A stretch of DNA of 47,115 bases from contig JAGLZV010000097.1 in NCBI GenBank assembly GCA_023131215.1, positions 1 to 47,115 of the forward strand, given 5' to 3'. Within the stretch, counting starts at the first letter, position 1. The number at the start of each line of letters is the position of its first letter. The translations under genes were made by a program, and so were the position numbers. The notes under the pieces were generated by a model. That model worked only from the letters and a program-made list of their open reading frames with translations. It was not told the origin of the DNA and did not search any database. The DNA is from Candidatus Methanophagales archaeon. GTDB taxonomy: Archaea; Halobacteriota; Syntropharchaeia; Alkanophagales; Methanospirareceae. Below, one piece after another: positions 36,332 through 46,110 of this stretch.

Positions 36332-37405
36332 ATGTGGACAGAAAAATACCGGCCGAAGAGGTTGGATGAAATCTCAGGGCAAGCCCAGGTGGTGAAACGG
36401 ATAAAAGGGTTTGTCAAGGAAAAAACAATACCAAATCTCTTACTCTGGGGTCAAAAAGGTACAGGTAAGACTTCTCTGGTTTATGCCTTAGCAAAGGAAC
36501 TCTATGGAGAGTTCTACGATGAGAACATCATGCTTATAGAAACCTCTGATTTCGTTGAACAGAGAAAAAAATGGTTAAAAGAGGATAAAAGATTCAAATT
36601 CTTTTACGATGAGCAGAAATCAGCGATAGACATTTTTAAGGAAATGATAAGGGAATATGCAGCGTTGAGACCCATAAATGCCTCTTTCAAATTACTATTT
36701 TTCAGTAACGCTGATTTTCTGCCTGTGAATGCACAGCAAGCGTTGCGGAGGGTTATGGAACGGAGTAACAAAACATGTAGATTCATTTTCGCGACCACAA
36801 AACCCGCTGGTGTAATACCCGCCATAAGGTCAAGATGCCTGAACCTTCACTTCACGCCTTTAGGCAAAAGCGGTGCGCTGGATACATTGATAAAGTCAAT
36901 AGCAGAGGAAGAAGGGGTAAAACTTACAGAAGGTGGTTTAAAAACGCTGCGGGAATATGCGAGAGGCGATGCTGGAGCTGCTATAAATATGCTGGAAGCA
37001 GCAGCAACGGCGACACTGTGGGGTTCTGCCCCACGACCCCGCAAGCCCAGTAAGGGCTTAATTGATGCGCGCAGAATAGAAAAAGTAGTGCGGAATGCGT
37101 TTTTTCAACGGAAGAAAGCAGAGGAGCTGATAGATTCGGCATTTGCATCTCGACATAAAGAAGTGAGAGCGGGATTAGAAATACTGATAAAAGACGAGAG
37201 AATAGGAGGAAGAGAAATTATGCTGGAGATACATGAGGCGTTGCGAAGGAAGATGAAAGCGGGGATGGCAACGGAGGAATCGAAACTATTCGCCAGGCTT
37301 GTTTTATACGAAGGCGAAACCGATTTCAAACTTTGTAATTCTTTAAATCCTATGATACATTTAGAAGAGATGATAATGAAAATGTCAAAAGATATGGGGT
37401 TATGA
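36332..37405 (+). CDS. rfcS: Replication factor C small subunit-like protein (divergent second small subunit)
   Basis: WTEKYRP, GQKGTGKT, AQQALRRVME, IRSRC; Walker B altered to FSNAD. Confidence 0.85.
   Translation: MWTEKYRPKRLDEISGQAQVVKRIKGFVKEKTIPNLLLWGQKGTGKTSLVYALAKELYGEFYDENIMLIETSDFVEQRKKWLKEDKRFKFFYDEQKSAIDIFKEMIREYAALRPINASFKLLFFSNADFLPVNAQQALRRVMERSNKTCRFIFATTKPAGVIPAIRSRCLNLHFTPLGKSGALDTLIKSIAEEEGVKLTEGGLKTLREYARGDAGAAINMLEAAATATLWGSAPRPRKPSKGLIDARRIEKVVRNAFFQRKKAEELIDSAFASRHKEVRAGLEILIKDERIGGREIMLEIHEALRRKMKAGMATEESKLFARLVLYEGETDFKLCNSLNPMIHLEEMIMKMSKDMGL
37018..37060 (+). repeat. ~43 bp double-hairpin element in frame inside the RFC gene
   Basis: GTGGGG-ttctg-CCCCAC gaccccgc AAGCCC-agtaa-GGGCTT, encoding WGSAPRPRKPSKGL. 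Confidence 0.85.
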
Positions 37406-37410
37406 TATCC

Positions 37411-37569
37411 TCACTTCTTCCTCACCCTTATCTCCATCTCCTTCCAGTCCTCCTTCACGCCCTTTAACGCAGAAACCGCACCAGCAATTGCCCTTCCCAT
37501 CACGTTCTGCACGAACTCGTTTGTTCCTATCTCTTCCTTATCCACAAATATCTCCACTTCTACTTCCAT
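37411..37569 (-). CDS. Small hypothetical protein (52 aa) resembling the C-terminal domain of archaeal MobB proteins; below the ORF-track cutoff
   Basis: MEVEVEIFVDKEEIGTNEFVQNVMGRAIAGAVSALKGVKEDWKEMEIRVRKK; purine-rich RBS; downstream of moaA. Confidence 0.7.
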   Translation of the reverse strand: MEVEVEIFVDKEEIGTNEFVQNVMGRAIAGAVSALKGVKEDWKEMEIRVRKK

Positions 37570-37627
37570 TATTTTCCTGCTCCCTCTATAAAATATGGAA
37601 TTGTTACTTATTTTAATTGTAATTGTA

Positions 37628-38632
37628 CTATTTTCTCGTGGAAATCTGTGTAATCTTGTGGTTAGCTAAATTCTTACCAAAAAACGGCTCTCTATATCTC
37701 ATCGCCAGCTTCAATTTGTTTACTATGTGCTCCTCGTCAACGCTCTCTATGGGAACGAGATTATCATTTCTCAGCAAACAGGGCTTTATCTTTCCTTCGG
37801 AGGTTATTCTTAATCGAGAGCAGTTCGCACAGAACTCCGTATTATCTATCGGATGAACAACCTCTACTTCTACGCCATCCACGAAATATTTTCGCCTGTG
37901 CTGCAGCCGTCTCGTTTTTATAGCCGATGCCTTCGATTTGAGTTCCACTTCGACTTCATAAAAGTCAGCTTCATAAGTTAGCATGGAAGGGTTAAAAGAA
38001 GGAATCAATTCTATTAACTGCAAGATTGCCGCTTCTCCACTTCCTCTTTTATTGCACTCACGCAGAAAATCCATCATGCCAACTATCTCATCCTCGTTTA
38101 TTCCTTTTAGGAGAACCATATTCAGCTTGAGCGGCGTAAGACCTGCGTCAATCGCACTGTGAATTCCGTCAATCACCTTTTGGAGATTGTTGCTCGAAGA
38201 GGTGATGAAATCGTATCTTTCCTCTTTAAGCGAATCCAGGCTGACGTTCACCCTATCCAAGCCCGCATCTGCAAGTTCTGCCGCATATTTGCTCAAGAAT
38301 ATGCCATTTGTAGTTGTCGATATGTCATCCTCAAAATCTCTCATGCCCTGAACTATGTCCACGAGGTCATCCCGCATCAAAGGCTCGCCACCTGAAAATT
38401 TTATTTTCCTTATGTCAAAATAATCCGATGCAACTCTTGCTATTTCTATTACGAGTTCAGCACTTATTTCTTCCCTATCTCTTTCCTCTCTTCTCCCTTC
38501 TCCCTCACGATGACAATAGATGCAATTCAAGTTACAGCAGTTCGTGATAGAAAATCTCAAACTCCTTATCTCCCTGCCGTAATCGTCTATTAATCTTTCT
38601 TTCTCCCTTTTTACTTCCTCTTTTGGGTTCAT
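37628..38632 (-). CDS. moaA: GTP 3',8-cyclase MoaA
   Basis: CNLNCIYC radical SAM motif, SGGEPL, FCANCSRLRIT..G.IKPCL. Confidence 0.95.
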   Translation of the reverse strand: MNPKEEVKREKERLIDDYGREIRSLRFSITNCCNLNCIYCHREGEGRREERDREEISAELVIEIARVASDYFDIRKIKFSGGEPLMRDDLVDIVQGMRDFEDDISTTTNGIFLSKYAAELADAGLDRVNVSLDSLKEERYDFITSSSNNLQKVIDGIHSAIDAGLTPLKLNMVLLKGINEDEIVGMMDFLRECNKRGSGEAAILQLIELIPSFNPSMLTYEADFYEVEVELKSKASAIKTRRLQHRRKYFVDGVEVEVVHPIDNTEFCANCSRLRITSEGKIKPCLLRNDNLVPIESVDEEHIVNKLKLAMRYREPFFGKNLANHKITQISTRK

Positions 38633-38641
38633 CCTCCAGTT

Positions 38642-39229
38642 TCAGGTGAGTATCATACTTATCATCAATACAACAATCGCAATCCCAAAAATAACTCCAT
38701 ATATCCTCTTATCCCATGCTAACACCTTTTTTCCATCTAATATGCTAATCGGAATCATATTGAAAACAGCCAGCAATGCGTTTATTATCACCCCAAACCA
38801 GCCTATGTCTTTAAAAATACCCGGAGGAGCAAGGATGAAAAGAGGTAAGAAAAGGAAAGCTAATGCCACGTTCATCACCGGACCTGCCAGTGCTATCTTC
38901 CCATTCTCCTCTCTCGTGAGATAAGGATTGAATATCATGACTGCGCCAGGCGCTGCAAATATGAACCCCATAAAAGCTGTTAGTATTGCTACGAGTAACA
39001 TAAAAGGTGCCATCCTGAACTCTGACCATGCACCATATCTCTGAGCAACCACTTTATGAGCGAGTTCATGAAAGATAAATGCGAAGCCAACGGTAACAGC
39101 CGAAATAAAAAATATTGGAAAAAAACTCCGACTGTGCCATCCTCTTAAGAGAATGGCAAAGGCGAAAGAAATAGCCAGCCATGCGATCAAAAGATGTTTT
39201 ATTTCTGTTTCGCTTGTTTTTATCGGCAT
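38642..39229 (-). CDS. Site-2 protease (M50) family membrane metalloprotease
   Basis: HELAH, IALAGP, FNMIP...LDG. Confidence 0.92.
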   Translation of the reverse strand: MPIKTSETEIKHLLIAWLAISFAFAILLRGWHSRSFFPIFFISAVTVGFAFIFHELAHKVVAQRYGAWSEFRMAPFMLLVAILTAFMGFIFAAPGAVMIFNPYLTREENGKIALAGPVMNVALAFLFLPLFILAPPGIFKDIGWFGVIINALLAVFNMIPISILDGKKVLAWDKRIYGVIFGIAIVVLMISMILT

Positions 39230-39254
39230 TTTTACCCGGTACTAAGTTAATTAA

Positions 39255-39327
39255 TAGCCCGGGACGGATTCGAACCGACGTCACGAGGTCCAGGGCCTCG
39301 GATGATTGACCTCTACACTACCGGGCT
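39255..39327 (-). tRNA. tRNA-Gln (anticodon CTG)
   Basis: Acceptor AGCCCGG/CCGGGCT-A, anticodon stem CGAGG/CCTCG with loop CCCTGGA, T-loop TTCGAAT; no encoded CCA. Confidence 0.92.
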
Positions 39328-39460
39328 ATTTTCTTATATACACTTTTTGATATAAAAACGTGAAAAAAAGTTTCTTTAAATTTTAAAAAGACTGCTGAAC
39401 TTGGAGTTACTACATATCTCTTAAAGTTTGATCAAAACGCTTCGCAATGCAGTGTCACTG

Positions 39461-40285
39461 TCAGGCGCTTTTTGTCCCCGCTTTTAAACTCCTTGCAAAC
39501 TCCTCTATCCCTTTAAGCATACTCTTTCTGCCTTCTAATCCCGATCCAAAACCCTGCTCTATTATTCTTATGAATGCACTACCCACGATTGCACCGTCTG
39601 CGACCTCGCAAACCGCTCTTACGTGCTCTGGTTTTGAAATGCCAAATCCAACCGCCAGAGGTACATGTCTATCTCTTGATAATTCCATTTCCTTTATCCT
39701 TCCGATATGAGGGCTTATCGAATCAGAAAGCTTCTCCCTCGCTCCCGTTACGCCAAGCAGCGATACCACATAAATAAATCCTGATGCAGCGTCCATAATC
39801 TTCGCCATTCTCTTCTCAGTGGTCGTAGGTGCAACGAGAAATATCAAATCAGTTTCATATCCCTCGCATATTCTTAGCAGCGGTTTTGCCTCCTCTACTG
39901 GTAAATCCGGCACCACTAATCCCGCTATCCCCGCTGATTCACAATCCCTTACGAATTCCTCCAGCCCTCTTTGTAACACCAGATTGTAATAAGTAAGGCA
40001 AACTTTTTCCACTCCTTTTATTCCCGCAGCGACTTCAAAATATAAATCCGGATTCATTCCTGCTCTCAAACTGCTTTCACTCGCTCGCTGTATCGTAACA
40101 CCATCTGCAATAGGGTCAGAGAAAGGCAAACCAAGCTCCAAAATGTCCACTCCTCCTTTAATTAAAGCGTCTGCTATCTCCTTGGTATCTTCGGCAGTGG
40201 GATAGCCCGCGGTCACGAAGCCTATCAATGCTTTCTCATTCTTTTTCCTCAGTTCGTTGAATTTGTTTTCCAAACTCATATTCAT
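39461..40285 (-). CDS. trpA: Tryptophan synthase alpha subunit
   Basis: LELGLPFSDPIADG.TIQ, VPDLP, YVVS..GVTGAR, VGFGIS, DGAIVGSA. Confidence 0.97.
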   Translation of the reverse strand: MNMSLENKFNELRKKNEKALIGFVTAGYPTAEDTKEIADALIKGGVDILELGLPFSDPIADGVTIQRASESSLRAGMNPDLYFEVAAGIKGVEKVCLTYYNLVLQRGLEEFVRDCESAGIAGLVVPDLPVEEAKPLLRICEGYETDLIFLVAPTTTEKRMAKIMDAASGFIYVVSLLGVTGAREKLSDSISPHIGRIKEMELSRDRHVPLAVGFGISKPEHVRAVCEVADGAIVGSAFIRIIEQGFGSGLEGRKSMLKGIEEFARSLKAGTKSA

Positions 40286-40415
40286 CCTTTCATCAACCTC
40301 TTAACTTCTCCACAAATCCTTTTACGTCTTTCACTAATAAAAAGGGTGAGTTATTTATTATTTTCTTCTCTCGAAGTTTCCTGCAGGATCAGAAAGAGCA
40401 GTTTTCGCACAAATT

Positions 40416-43064
40416 TTAAAATTCCAGCTTCAAAGTAACTATCTCAAAAGGTTTTATCGTCAACCCTATTCTTTCGCCCTCTATTTTCAACTCCTTTTTC
40501 ACTTCCTCGTCCTCTTCCTCCAGCAAGTTCACTGCCCTGACCGCCTTTGGCTCTCTAAACAGTGTTATTTCAGCATCCGTCTCTTCTCCATTCGTTTCGT
40601 AAAATCGCAAGATCACTTCATCCCCATCCTCCGCTTTTTTCAGCGCGGATAAAACCACATTTTCAGGCTCTATTTTCAAAAAAGACCGTTTCAAAGGAAG
40701 TTTTTTGTCCTCCCGCAATTGTATTGCATCCAAATGACAGTTAAACTCAAAAGCATATTTGTAGGACGAAGCTTCACGCCAATCTCCTTTGTGCGGATAA
40801 ATGGAATATCTGAATTCATATCTTCTCAACTCCTGCGCATCCGGAACCGGTATTGCAGGACCTGTCCTGCCATCTGAGGACAGCATTAAAACGCTTCTTA
40901 GCAGTGTTAAATAGACGTCACCATCTCTTACCTCGTTTTCCGGTATCCCCCTGTGTATCACGGTTAAGCCCTTCTTTCCATCGGAATAATCAAGCCATTT
41001 CAGCGAGGGGAATACACCACAGGGTTCTTCCACCCACTCCTCTTTTGGCTTATAGTACCACTGGTCTGTCGGTCGAGAAACAACGCCAAATTGACTCCCG
41101 CAGGCATAAGTCAAAGATTTCATATCTGTGGAGAACCTGACCCTGAGCCGTGCCCTCGGATGCTTGTCCACTACGGTCGTGATGAAATCTATTCTCGGAA
41201 TGTCTTTATAAACTATTATTTTCTTTGAACATTCGAGGAATTTATGCCGCCATATACGTGGCTCCATTTTCTCCGTCAATCGGTACGGCCAGCGTAGCGA
41301 AAAATAATTTGTCTCGACGTTGATAACACGTCTCAAAGGACTTTTATCTATCCTAAAGTCCTCCACCCTGAACGAGCCATACTTCACTCCTTCTCCCTTT
41401 TCTGTTTTCAATGGGATACCCAGTGTTTGCCGGTGGTAGTAAAGGTCGCCGGTTTCTTCCTCCAGCACAAGCTCATTTGCCGTGCAAAGCTTCTCGCGCT
41501 CGCCGCAAATCACGTCAACCAAACCCGTACCTGGGTCCACATCAACCCAAAAGAATCTGTTTTGTATGGTGTTCCCCCTTATCATGATAAAATTCGGGTC
41601 ATAACGATACCGTTTCGGCTCCCGCTCAAGGATTTTATACACCTTGTAGCCCACGGCAGGAACCGTAGGAGCAAATCCTATCCGAGCATATCTCAACGTG
41701 TCATCCTCATACCTCGCAAATTTTATGACTTCCACATCTATCTCCTCTTCTCCGCTTTTTAATCCTTTTATCGTTACCACTTTACCTCTGTCAAAGTTCA
41801 AATCCATCTCTACCCAGTTCCTCACTTCCCACGACAGCGAATTAAATACTATTATATCTCCATATTCATGCATCATCAATGGCAGCATAGGGATATTTTT
41901 GGGTTCAACCCCTACCCCTTCCTCCGATTCCGCCTCTATTACTTGAATATGTGTGCGAAGGCATCGGGCAGTCATTTCAGTATTGAAAAAGCCACGGAAG
42001 TGCCTCACCTCATCGTAACCCGCATCCATACCCGTTCCAGGAGCCACGTCATGAAATGCAATGTACAAAATTTTACGCCAGCAATTTCTCGCATCCTCAG
42101 AAGGATAGGGATTATTCAGGAGGTAGTTTATTGTACCCCATCGCTCGCAGCACGTCAACCAACCCTCATACTCGCAAAGCATCTGTTTTAGCCACATTCT
42201 GCTCGAGCAGCAATTTGGAAACACCTCTGAATACTTACCTGAATACATCTCTCCTTTCCTCACGTCCATCTTAATATCTTGGTCTTCTATTTCGTCCTCC
42301 AGTGCTTCAAAGAATTCACCCGGCGTAGCTATCTTCATCTCCGCTACTTCTCTTTTCTTCTCATTCCATTCCCTCACAGCCTCCGGTGTTTCCGGTTGCG
42401 GCATCGTAACTCCACTCCCGGAAGGCATCAGGATACGAGAGGTTGCCGCCAGGGCCTTGAGTTTCTCATAGCTTTCCTCCAGCTTTGTCAAGTCCAATCC
42501 TGCCCTGTATCCTAAAGGCATCCAGTGAGCTAAAATCCTCGTGCCATCCAAACCCTCCCAGAGGAATTCCGAAGGTTTTCTCTTTGATGCCCCTCTTCTG
42601 AATGCAACATACCTGTATCCCGATTTCTTGTATATCTGCGGTAGCTGGGCATTCAAACCAAAGCTGTCTGCCTGCCACATTACCGGGACGTCAACCCCGA
42701 ACTTCTCCTTCACGTATCTTTTACCAAGCAGGATTTCTCTTATCAACGTTTCTCCATCCGGAAGCATCGTATCTGCCATCAGGTATTCCCCGTCGGCAAT
42801 CTCTATCGCACCTTCCTTTATGCTCTTCGCAATCTTTGAGAATACTTCCGGATACCTCTTCTCCATCTCCTCCAGCAGAAAGGTTTGTTCTATCAGGAAC
42901 TTGTAATCAGTCTTTTCAATAAGCTCAGCCACCTCCTTCAGAATGGACACCATGTTGATGTAAAAATAGTCCTCCTTCGTGAAGACCCAGATAGCATCAT
43001 AATGCGTGTGGGGGACGAGATAAATCGTATCTTTTTCTTCTCCTTCTTTCTTTCCGTTTGTCAT
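40416..43064 (-). CDS. Glycoside hydrolase family 38 (alpha-mannosidase-like)
   Basis: PHTHYDAIW, WQADSFG, F.WEGLDGT, FHDVAPGT, LTLLRS, LSALKKAED. Confidence 0.92.
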   Translation of the reverse strand: MTNGKKEGEEKDTIYLVPHTHYDAIWVFTKEDYFYINMVSILKEVAELIEKTDYKFLIEQTFLLEEMEKRYPEVFSKIAKSIKEGAIEIADGEYLMADTMLPDGETLIREILLGKRYVKEKFGVDVPVMWQADSFGLNAQLPQIYKKSGYRYVAFRRGASKRKPSEFLWEGLDGTRILAHWMPLGYRAGLDLTKLEESYEKLKALAATSRILMPSGSGVTMPQPETPEAVREWNEKKREVAEMKIATPGEFFEALEDEIEDQDIKMDVRKGEMYSGKYSEVFPNCCSSRMWLKQMLCEYEGWLTCCERWGTINYLLNNPYPSEDARNCWRKILYIAFHDVAPGTGMDAGYDEVRHFRGFFNTEMTARCLRTHIQVIEAESEEGVGVEPKNIPMLPLMMHEYGDIIVFNSLSWEVRNWVEMDLNFDRGKVVTIKGLKSGEEEIDVEVIKFARYEDDTLRYARIGFAPTVPAVGYKVYKILEREPKRYRYDPNFIMIRGNTIQNRFFWVDVDPGTGLVDVICGEREKLCTANELVLEEETGDLYYHRQTLGIPLKTEKGEGVKYGSFRVEDFRIDKSPLRRVINVETNYFSLRWPYRLTEKMEPRIWRHKFLECSKKIIVYKDIPRIDFITTVVDKHPRARLRVRFSTDMKSLTYACGSQFGVVSRPTDQWYYKPKEEWVEEPCGVFPSLKWLDYSDGKKGLTVIHRGIPENEVRDGDVYLTLLRSVLMLSSDGRTGPAIPVPDAQELRRYEFRYSIYPHKGDWREASSYKYAFEFNCHLDAIQLREDKKLPLKRSFLKIEPENVVLSALKKAEDGDEVILRFYETNGEETDAEITLFREPKAVRAVNLLEEEDEEVKKELKIEGERIGLTIKPFEIVTLKLEF

Positions 43065-43168
43065 AGCTCGCAGTTAATATCAATTATTAAACATAGCTAC
43101 AATAAAAGAAGAATAAAAATTTAAATGCGTTTGCTATATATAATAAATTATCATCAAACGAAAGGGGT

Positions 43169-45085
43169 GTGAGCGGTATAATGGTTCAACAAGAACAAAA
43201 AGGAAAATACAAAATTATCGTAATGGCTACCCTTTTAGGTATTTGCTGCTTTCTCACTTATTACTTTCGTGTGCATGAAGTCTACACAGTTTTTACTCAC
43301 TTCTTTTACATTCCGATTATCTTAGCATCGTTGTGGTGGAGAAGAAAGGGTTTAGCTGTGGCGATATCTTTAGCGGGGTTGCTAATTTTCAGTCATCTTT
43401 TTATTGGAATGGAGGCGGAGACTATTTATGATTTGATGCGATCTTCTATGTTTATTAATGATTTAATGCGATCTTCTATGTTTGTGGTTATTGCCCTGGT
43501 GACTGCTATGTTAAGTGAGCGGATTGCGAAGATGATTGATAGCCTCAATCTAATTGGCGGTGAAGTAGCGAGGGTAGCAAGGGAAGTAGGAGTAGAAGGG
43601 AATCTTGGCGCGCAGGGGGAAGTGCCGGATGTTGCAGGGGTTTGGAAAGAGCTGACTGATAATGTGAACATGCTGTCTGCAAACCTGAGAGACCAGGTTA
43701 GAGATATTGCGAAGGTAGCCACCGCATTAGCCAGTGGTGACCTCACACAAAAAATCACGGTGGATGCAAAAGGAGAGCTACTGGAGCTAAAAGACACAAT
43801 CAACAGCATGGTTGACCGTCTCAATCTAATTGGCGGTGAAATAACAAGAGTAGCAAGGGAAGTAGGAGTAGAAGGGAATCTTGGCGTGCAGGTGGAAGTG
43901 CCGGGTGTTGCGGGAGCTTGGAAGGAGCTGACTGATAATGTGAACATGCTGGCTGCAAACGTGGCAAATCAGGTTAGAGATATTGCTAAGGTAGCCACCG
44001 CATTAGCCAATGGTGACCTCACACAAAAAATCACGGTGGATGCAAAAGGGGAGCTACTGGAGCTAAAGGACACAATCAACAGCATGGTTGATAGTCTCAA
44101 CGACCTTGTTACCCGGGTGAGGGATTCCGCAAATAGGGTTGCCTCAGCCGCTCAGAATTGCAGAGCCTCGGATGCCGAGATGAGCACATCCATAACACAG
44201 GTAGCAGCAGCAGTGCAGCAGATAGCAAAGGGTGCACAGGAGCAGGCACAGAAGACAGAGGCGACATTCAGGTCTGTTGAGCAGATTTCAAAGGCTGCTT
44301 CCGAGGTATCCGACAGAGTGGAAGAGGTGAACAAGGCAACATCTGCTGCGAATGAGAGTTGCCAGAGATGTCGTAAAACAGCGGATGAGGTTGCCGAAAG
44401 CATGCAGAGAATATCAGAGGTGGCAGAGAAAACATCAGCAACAGTTGATGGCATGACGCAGAGGGCTGAGGAAATTACTAAGACACTGGGTGTTATCACA
44501 GATATCGCATCTCAGACAAACCTGCTTGCATCGAATGCCGCAATAGAGGCTACGAGAGCTGGTGAGGCAGGCAGGGGTTTCGCTGTGGTTGCAGGAGAAG
44601 TGCGCAGGCTTGCAGAGAGCAGCAAAAAATCCGCAGATGAGATTGCAGAACTTGTGAAGTCTGTACAGAAGGAAACAGTATCTGCTTCTGAGGCGGCGAA
44701 AACAATGGCAGAAATTGTAACAGCAGGCATGGAAGCAACAGCTAAAAGCCCACCAATTCGTGATAACGTCACATTTACAATGAAGCAGACATTAAATGCA
44801 GCACAGGCGATTTCAGAAGCAGCAGCCCAGCAGAAAACGAGTATTGAATCTATTGTAAAGATGGTGGAGAAGGTATCCACGATTGCTGAGGAAACAGCAT
44901 CAAGTTCTGAGGAATCTGCAGCATCTGCCCAGCAACTAACCTCCGCTATGGAAGAGCTTACAACTTCAGGTCAGGAGCTGGCAGGCATTGCCGCAGAACT
45001 CCAGGATGCAGTAACAAGGTTCAAACTCGGTGGTGAAGCAGTGGAGGTTAAAGCAGCCAAAAAAGTGCCAAGAGAAAATAAATAA
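43169..45085 (+). CDS. Methyl-accepting chemotaxis protein with membrane sensor and tandem HAMP repeats
   Basis: [38 protein letters not shown] signalling hairpin; about 4 N-terminal TM helices; two 92-aa repeats. Confidence 0.95.
   Translation: MSGIMVQQEQKGKYKIIVMATLLGICCFLTYYFRVHEVYTVFTHFFYIPIILASLWWRRKGLAVAISLAGLLIFSHLFIGMEAETIYDLMRSSMFINDLMRSSMFVVIALVTAMLSERIAKMIDSLNLIGGEVARVAREVGVEGNLGAQGEVPDVAGVWKELTDNVNMLSANLRDQVRDIAKVATALASGDLTQKITVDAKGELLELKDTINSMVDRLNLIGGEITRVAREVGVEGNLGVQVEVPGVAGAWKELTDNVNMLAANVANQVRDIAKVATALANGDLTQKITVDAKGELLELKDTINSMVDSLNDLVTRVRDSANRVASAAQNCRASDAEMSTSITQVAAAVQQIAKGAQEQAQKTEATFRSVEQISKAASEVSDRVEEVNKATSAANESCQRCRKTADEVAESMQRISEVAEKTSATVDGMTQRAEEITKTLGVITDIASQTNLLASNAAIEATRAGEAGRGFAVVAGEVRRLAESSKKSADEIAELVKSVQKETVSASEAAKTMAEIVTAGMEATAKSPPIRDNVTFTMKQTLNAAQAISEAAAQQKTSIESIVKMVEKVSTIAEETASSSEESAASAQQLTSAMEELTTSGQELAGIAAELQDAVTRFKLGGEAVEVKAAKKVPRENK
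43544..44095 (+). repeat. Two tandem 276 bp intragenic repeats (poly-HAMP units)
   Basis: CTCAATCTAATTGGCGGTGAA starts at 43544 and 43820; copies are highly similar at DNA level. Confidence 0.9.
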
Positions 45086-45102
45086 TGGGGTTGCGATAAT
45101 AC

Positions 45103-45567
45103 ATGCCAGGAGAAAGAACCGTTACAGATGCAGAGGAGACGAAACCTTATGTAATCTTCAGACTTGGAGATGAGGAATTCGGCGTGGATGTGATGAACAT
45201 AAAGGAAATTGCAAAGATAACAACAATTACAAGGGTTCCTCGCTCCGCCGATTTTATTGAGGGCGTAATAAATCTCAGGGGCTGCCTGGCAACAGTCATA
45301 AACCTCAGGAAAAGGTTTGGTTTTGAGCCTAAGGAAATAGATGCGGATTCAAGGATAATTATAGCAGAGTTTGAGGACAACCTTATTGGAATGCTTGTTG
45401 ATGCTGCAACAGAGGTATTGAGGATTCCTGTATCCAATATTGAGGCAACGCCTGAGAAGGTTACAACAGAGATTTCCGAGGAGTATCTGAGTGGTGTGGG
45501 CAAGGTTGAGAACCGGCGCATCATCTTACTTGACCTGAAACAAGTGTTGGCGGAGAAGGAAGGATGA
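45103..45567 (+). CDS. cheW: Chemotaxis coupling protein CheW
   Basis: FRLGDEEFGVDV, ITRVP...IEGVINLRG, IGMLVD. Confidence 0.95.
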   Translation: MPGERTVTDAEETKPYVIFRLGDEEFGVDVMNIKEIAKITTITRVPRSADFIEGVINLRGCLATVINLRKRFGFEPKEIDADSRIIIAEFEDNLIGMLVDAATEVLRIPVSNIEATPEKVTTEISEEYLSGVGKVENRRIILLDLKQVLAEKEG

Positions 45568-45655
45568 GGATGACGATGCATGATAAAATGTTTCTTTGAT
45601 CAAACTTTCTTTTCAAGAAAGTTTGTGTTATAAAAAGGAGGGGAACAAATAAGAA

Positions 45656-46048
45656 ATGGAAAAGGGGAAGGGAAAGGAAAAGGAAAAGACAAGAATATTG
45701 TTAGTGGACGATTCTACATACATAAGGACGGTTCTTGGCAGCATAATAACCGAGGCTGGATTTGAAGTCGCAGGCGAAGCCGCAGATGGCGAAGAGGCAA
45801 TTCGGAAGTATATGAACCTCAAACCCGACTTGGTATTGATGGACGTTATAATGGAACCCATGAACGGAAATGCAGCGACGAAGGCGATACTTGATACAGA
45901 CCCTGAGGCGAAGATATTGATGGTTACGGTGTTGGAAGACAAAGACATACTTGCGGATTTGATGCGGATAGGAGCAAAAGGCTATATCACAAAACCTTTT
46001 TCAAAAAATAAAATTGCAGAGAAAATAAAGGAGATTATGGGGGAATAG
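45656..46048 (+). CDS. cheY: Stand-alone response regulator (CheY)
   Basis: ILLVDDS, PDLVLMD..M..MNG, YITKPF. Confidence 0.9.
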   Translation: MEKGKGKEKEKTRILLVDDSTYIRTVLGSIITEAGFEVAGEAADGEEAIRKYMNLKPDLVLMDVIMEPMNGNAATKAILDTDPEAKILMVTVLEDKDILADLMRIGAKGYITKPFSKNKIAEKIKEIMGE

Positions 46049-46055
46049 AAAAGGG

Positions 46056-46085
46056 GATGCAGGATGCAAGATACAGGATACAAGA
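46056..46085 (+). repeat. Tandem 7-mer array GAT(G/A)CA(G/A)
   Basis: GATGCAG GATGCAA GATACAG GATACAA. Confidence 0.8.
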
Positions 46086-46110
46086 GGGGTTATAAAAGGA
46101 GGGGGTAAAG

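Noticed and set aside
39255..39327. tRNA as integration site of a genomic island
   Set aside because: No duplicated tRNA 3' end or integrase seen; flanks are housekeeping genes
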